DNA of 64,000 nucleotides, taken from the NCBI RefSeq assembly GCF_006345805.1, contig NC_043005.1, forward strand, positions 67,890,001-67,954,000. Reading direction: 5' to 3'. This DNA is from Octopus sinensis. Taxonomy: Eukaryota. Below are positions 59,759 to 64,000 of the stretch, piece by piece. Position 1 is the stretch's first letter; every line of letters starts with the position of its first letter. Under the pieces are notes generated by a model. It was given only the letters and a program-made list of their open reading frames with translations. It was not told the DNA's origin and searched no databases. Made by a program: the position numbers and the translations under genes.

Positions 59759-60342
59759 GATCTTTACCTTTTGACCTACAGATTTAAAAAATGATTTTTG
59801 TAACTAAACACTTCGGACAACTGGTAGAATATGACATATAAAACGTGTCTTACTCTTAGCATTTTTGAGAAAAACTTATATTTACGAAGATGTTTCACCT
59901 TAAAGTTCTCGTATTTCAGTAATTTCAACCAATCAATGATGTGTATTCAGCTGAATAAAATTACTGCCATTGTTTGTCAACAACAACTATTGGCGGTGTA
60001 TTTTTCATTTGTCACTGTTATTTATGACATCGTTTGTACTGGTTTTAAGGTTTTAGGGTTAGGGTTGTCATAAATAAGAGCGACAAACAAAATATACACT
60101 GCCAGAAGTTGTTGACAAACAACAGCAGTAATTTTATTCAGCTGAATACACATCATTGATTGGTTGGAATTACCAAAATACGAGAACTTTAATGTGAAAT
60201 ATCTTCGTAAATATAAGTTTTTCTCAAAAATGCTAAGAGTAAAAGATATTTTATATGGCACATTCTACCAGTGTCCGAAGTTTGAAAGTGTTTAGTTACA
60301 AAAAATTATTTTTTTAAATCTGTAGGTCAAAAGGTAAAGATC
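59759..60342. mobile_element. Fold-back element with about 270-bp inverted arms and a TTAGGG-like spacer
   Basis: Arms 59759-60029 and 60066-60342; 36-nt spacer ending ttttaaggttttagggttagggt. Confidence 0.9.
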
Positions 60343-60913
60343 CAAACATTCTTTTGATGGAATGAATATCTATAGTGTCTGAGAAGCAGAATATCCAAGG
60401 TTTCTCCCTTAGCTGTTATTAAGAGGCTCTGTTTAGTTACCAAACTTTTTAATTCCATTTGCTCCAAAGGCTAAGAAAAGTCATGACTGAATCTTGCAAT
60501 GAGGTCATGTAACTTATGAAGCAAACAATTTATGTTGTACAGCTGACCATCAGCCAAAGTTATTGCAGTTGTATCCATTCTCCTTAAAAGGATCTGAAAG
60601 TGGAACATATAGGTGACATCTCCGTGAGTTAGAGATATACAACAAGAGATGTCTGAGGTAGTGGCACAACAGATGGAGAAATGCCAACTTGCGCAAGTAA
60701 CCCAATAATTCTATCAGTAAAGCCATGATTACATGATATCGGCTTCAAAGAGCTGCCCACACCATGTAAATGTTACGCCATCAATTGTCTACATAGATGC
60801 TTTTCTCTCAATTCAATGAAGGAAAGTACATGTGAAGAAAAAAGAAGTTTGAAAAATTGAGCACCAGTGAATAACCAACACAAGTGGAGATGGATCTCAA
60901 CAATACTTTGACC

Positions 60914-61222
60914 GTGTGCAGGCACATGGCCTAGTGATTAAAGCAGTGGACTCGCGATCGAGGGATTGCGGGTTCAAATCTCAGACTGGTCGATGTGTGT
61001 GTTTATGAACGAAAACACCTAAGCTCCACATGGCTCCAGCTGAAGGTAATGGCAAACTTCTGCTAACTCTTTCGCCACAACTTTCTCTCATTCTTTCCTC
61101 CTACATCATGCAGCTCACTTGCGATGGACCAGCATCCTGTCCAGGTGGAGAACCTATACGCCAAGGAAACCGAGAAACCGGCCCTTATGAGCCAGGCATG
61201 GCTTGAGAAGGAACAAACAAAA
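60914..61222 (+). mobile_element. tRNA-derived SINE (separate family) with 16-bp TSD
   Basis: A-box tggcctagtgat, B-box gggttcaaatc, gcgatggac...gtccagg box, (AAC)-rich tail. TSD CAACAATACTTTGACC at 60898-60913 and 61223-61238. Confidence 0.9.
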
Positions 61223-63388
61223 CAACAATACTTTGACCTAGTATAAGATATCTCACCAATAAATGTAAACATAGAAAGCAGCACAAAGTGACCAACACTG
61301 CATCTCTTCTCCCACAAGACAACATGGCTGGTCTGCTGTTAAAATAGTGAGTCCTGCATTAGCCTACATAATCAGAAGCAGGTTCACTGAAATTAAAGGT
61401 AGCGACTGTCATTCTCAACTGAAGAATTGCTAACGAAAGTTGATCAGAGGGTTATGAACCTAATTGAGTATTGTGAGATGTAAATCTGTGTGAACATACT
61501 TGATCCAAACAATAAGGAATCCATCATCCCATTAGTGTTTCTCATAACAGTGAGACTAATATTGGAGTGGAGGACATTTGTTAGCCAACAATAAACTCTC
61601 GGTCATCTTGGAATGTTACTGAAATCAGTTATGTTCATAAAGTTGTCATAAAATGGTGATGACTACTTTGGTATTTCAGACTCAGGATGTTCTACGATGT
61701 CACCGTCAATGTTTGGAATATGTCATAATAATTACATTTGTGTATGAATGATCAATCATTTTGGTTAGTAATATATAGTTCAATGCAGCAAGCTGGCAAA
61801 ATTGTTTGCATGCCAAGCAAAAAATTAGCATTATTTCCTCTACTTTTACATTCTGAGTTCAAATTCTACCAAGGTTGACTTTACCTTTCATCCTTACATC
61901 ATCATCATCATCATCGTTTAACGTCCGCTTTCCATGCTAGCATGGGTTGGACAATTTGACTGAGGACTGCTGAACCAGATAGCTGCACCAGGCTCCAATC
62001 TTGATCTGGCAGAGTTTCTACAACTGGATGCCCTTCCTAATGCCAACCACTCCAAGAGTGTAGTAGGTGCTTTTACGTGCCACCAGCATGAGGGCCAGTC
62101 AGGCGGTACTGGCAACAGCCATGCTCAAATGGTGTTTTTTACGTGCCACCTGCACAGGAGCCAGAGTAGATAAAATCAGTACCTGTTGAGCACTGGGGTC
62201 GATATAATTGACTTACTACTTCCCATGAAATTGCAGGCCCTGTACCAAAATTTAAAACCAATATATGAGGATTTCAGACTAGAAGCATCATGCATCCCTC
62301 TTTAACAGTTTTTGTATTGACTCTTTTTGTGACAGTTTAAGAGTGGATATGCATATATTTCTGAATAACTGCAAGGTTACCTTGTGAAAGATATAAATAC
62401 TGTGCTTGTTTGCAAATGATTAAGCTTCTGAAAGAGCTAATTCTATCTCTGCTCCAGAATTCTCAACTTCTTATAACTATTCGTCACTACCATGTATCTC
62501 TTATACAGTTAGACACCTGTTCCTGTATCCCTGTTCTTTAGCCTCACAATACCTAGCACAAAGTCAACTTTATCAATACTGCAGTGATTTTTCAATCACC
62601 ATTTTCCTGTATCCATAGCGATTCTGTCTTAGTATGCAGTTGGCCATGGATACATCTTACTTTCAAAACCCAAAGAGACAGAAATGCACATTCAGCATTC
62701 TCATCACCCCTGCTTAACGATTTTCGTCTGTTACTGACGTATTTGTATTTTTAAACAGAGTACATCTGTAAGTGATATTGTCTCTAGACGAATACCACAG
62801 TTAATTTGCCTTTTGTGCTGTATTTTCATCAAGTATGATACACTGGTAGCTGTTTTAATCTAATACCAATTCTGTTGTACATAACAGATTTTTATTCAGC
62901 CAGACAGCAAGTTGCAACACCAGTAATTTTTCAATTATTGTTTCCCTACATAAGTATATAAGTATGTTGCACAAATGGGTGTATGTGTTTGTTTACTGTA
63001 AGTTACATTAATTTACCAGTTCTGTTTACATTACAAGCCAGTGATCGCCTATTTTCATTTGATAACTGATTTATCAGTGTTGTTTCAACTGCTAAATTAT
63101 TATTTTTTATTTTTATGTACCGATAAATTTTCCATTTGAAGATGGCAGCGTTGTTATTACACACTTGCAGGAAGTAAATAAAATCGAGAAATTCGATGTA
63201 AAAATAATAATTGTCTGGTAGAATTAAAGAATACTAAAGCACTAGAACATTTTCAACGTCAAAGTATTAAAATTCTGACAAAATATCCACCACTTGACGG
63301 AATTCACAAAATTAAGTGATCTAAACACAGTGTGTTGATTATTTGTCCCAGCTTAAATACAATGTGATAATTTTTGCAGTGCAGATTC

Positions 63389-63425
<37 letters not shown>

Positions 63426-63910
63426 AATTAGCAACAGGATATCAAGAAGTGCTGCAGCACAACTGTTTCAACTGACTCCATTTAATTGAACAATGCAATC
63501 ATTACATCAATTTAAATGCAGGGCTATCCTCAGCTGCATAAATAAATAAATAGAATTTTTATCAGTTGGACACATTAATATAATTTTACTCAAATACTCT
63601 AATAGAGCAAGAAGATGGAAAGAATCTGTGTTGCCACTAATGTAGCTAAGAACATACTACACTTCCAAGAAATGTATGAAGTTTGTTGGGGTCATAGCTT
63701 GTGAGGGATTGTGGTTCATTTTTAATTGATTAAGTCTTTTTATCAACTACTAAATCTAATGATGTAATGATTGCATTGTTCACTTAAATGGAGTCATTTG
63801 AAACGGCCGTACTGCATCACCTCTTAATATACTGTTGCTTATTTTGATTTTATTCACCTTTGAGTTGTATGGATAATACCACACTGATTTGGTGCTTCAA
63901 CTTAAGTAAA

Positions 63911-63913
<3 letters not shown>

Positions 63914-63990
<77 letters not shown>

Positions 63991-64000
63991 GAGAGAGAGA
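63914..64000. repeat. (TA)n then (GA)n microsatellite at the window end
   Basis: Direct reading. Many other TA, CT, TG and AAT microsatellites occur throughout the window. Confidence 0.95.

Noticed and set aside
61425-61455. CTGAAGA-attgctaac-GAAA
   Set aside because: No helix III or UH triplet between GAAA and the possible helix I strand; chance match.
62400-62780. Possible exons of a second gene (AG/GTAAGT on +, GTAAG on -)
   Set aside because: No open frame of useful length. The minus strand weakly resembles decayed non-LTR RT (DVSM...SYKKLRILE) with stops.

Overview
AT-rich, microsatellite-dense metazoan DNA whose repeat families look like those of octopus (inferred from recognition, not from a search). 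It holds one protein-coding gene on the + strand, a six-coding-exon AADAC/NCEH1-family (hormone-sensitive-lipase-like) alpha/beta-hydrolase. The CDS is 16469-16612, 28767-28868, 38339-38471, 41192-41255, 41638-41759 and 49937-50580, which I spliced by hand to 1209 nt (402 aa). All introns are GT-AG with matching phases, and the protein has an N-terminal signal-anchor and a Ser191/Asp346/His376 triad. The rest is mostly transposon debris: Penelope-like elements (PLEs), CR1-like, RTE and R4-like LINE fragments, mariners, a hAT remnant, Helitrons, piggyBac-type MITEs, several SINE families, and large TA/TG arrays, plus a 100-N gap. The most interesting signal lies outside the ORF track: several different minimal type-I hammerhead ribozyme (HHR) motifs in the first 26 kb, most of them in fold-back (inverted) repeats. 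One belongs to a tRNA-headed SINE-like element that forms a roughly 500-bp hairpin 48 nt after exon 1. Two HHRs lie on the sense strand of intron 1. All alignments and folds were done by eye. Gene coordinates are exact; repeat boundaries are often approximate.
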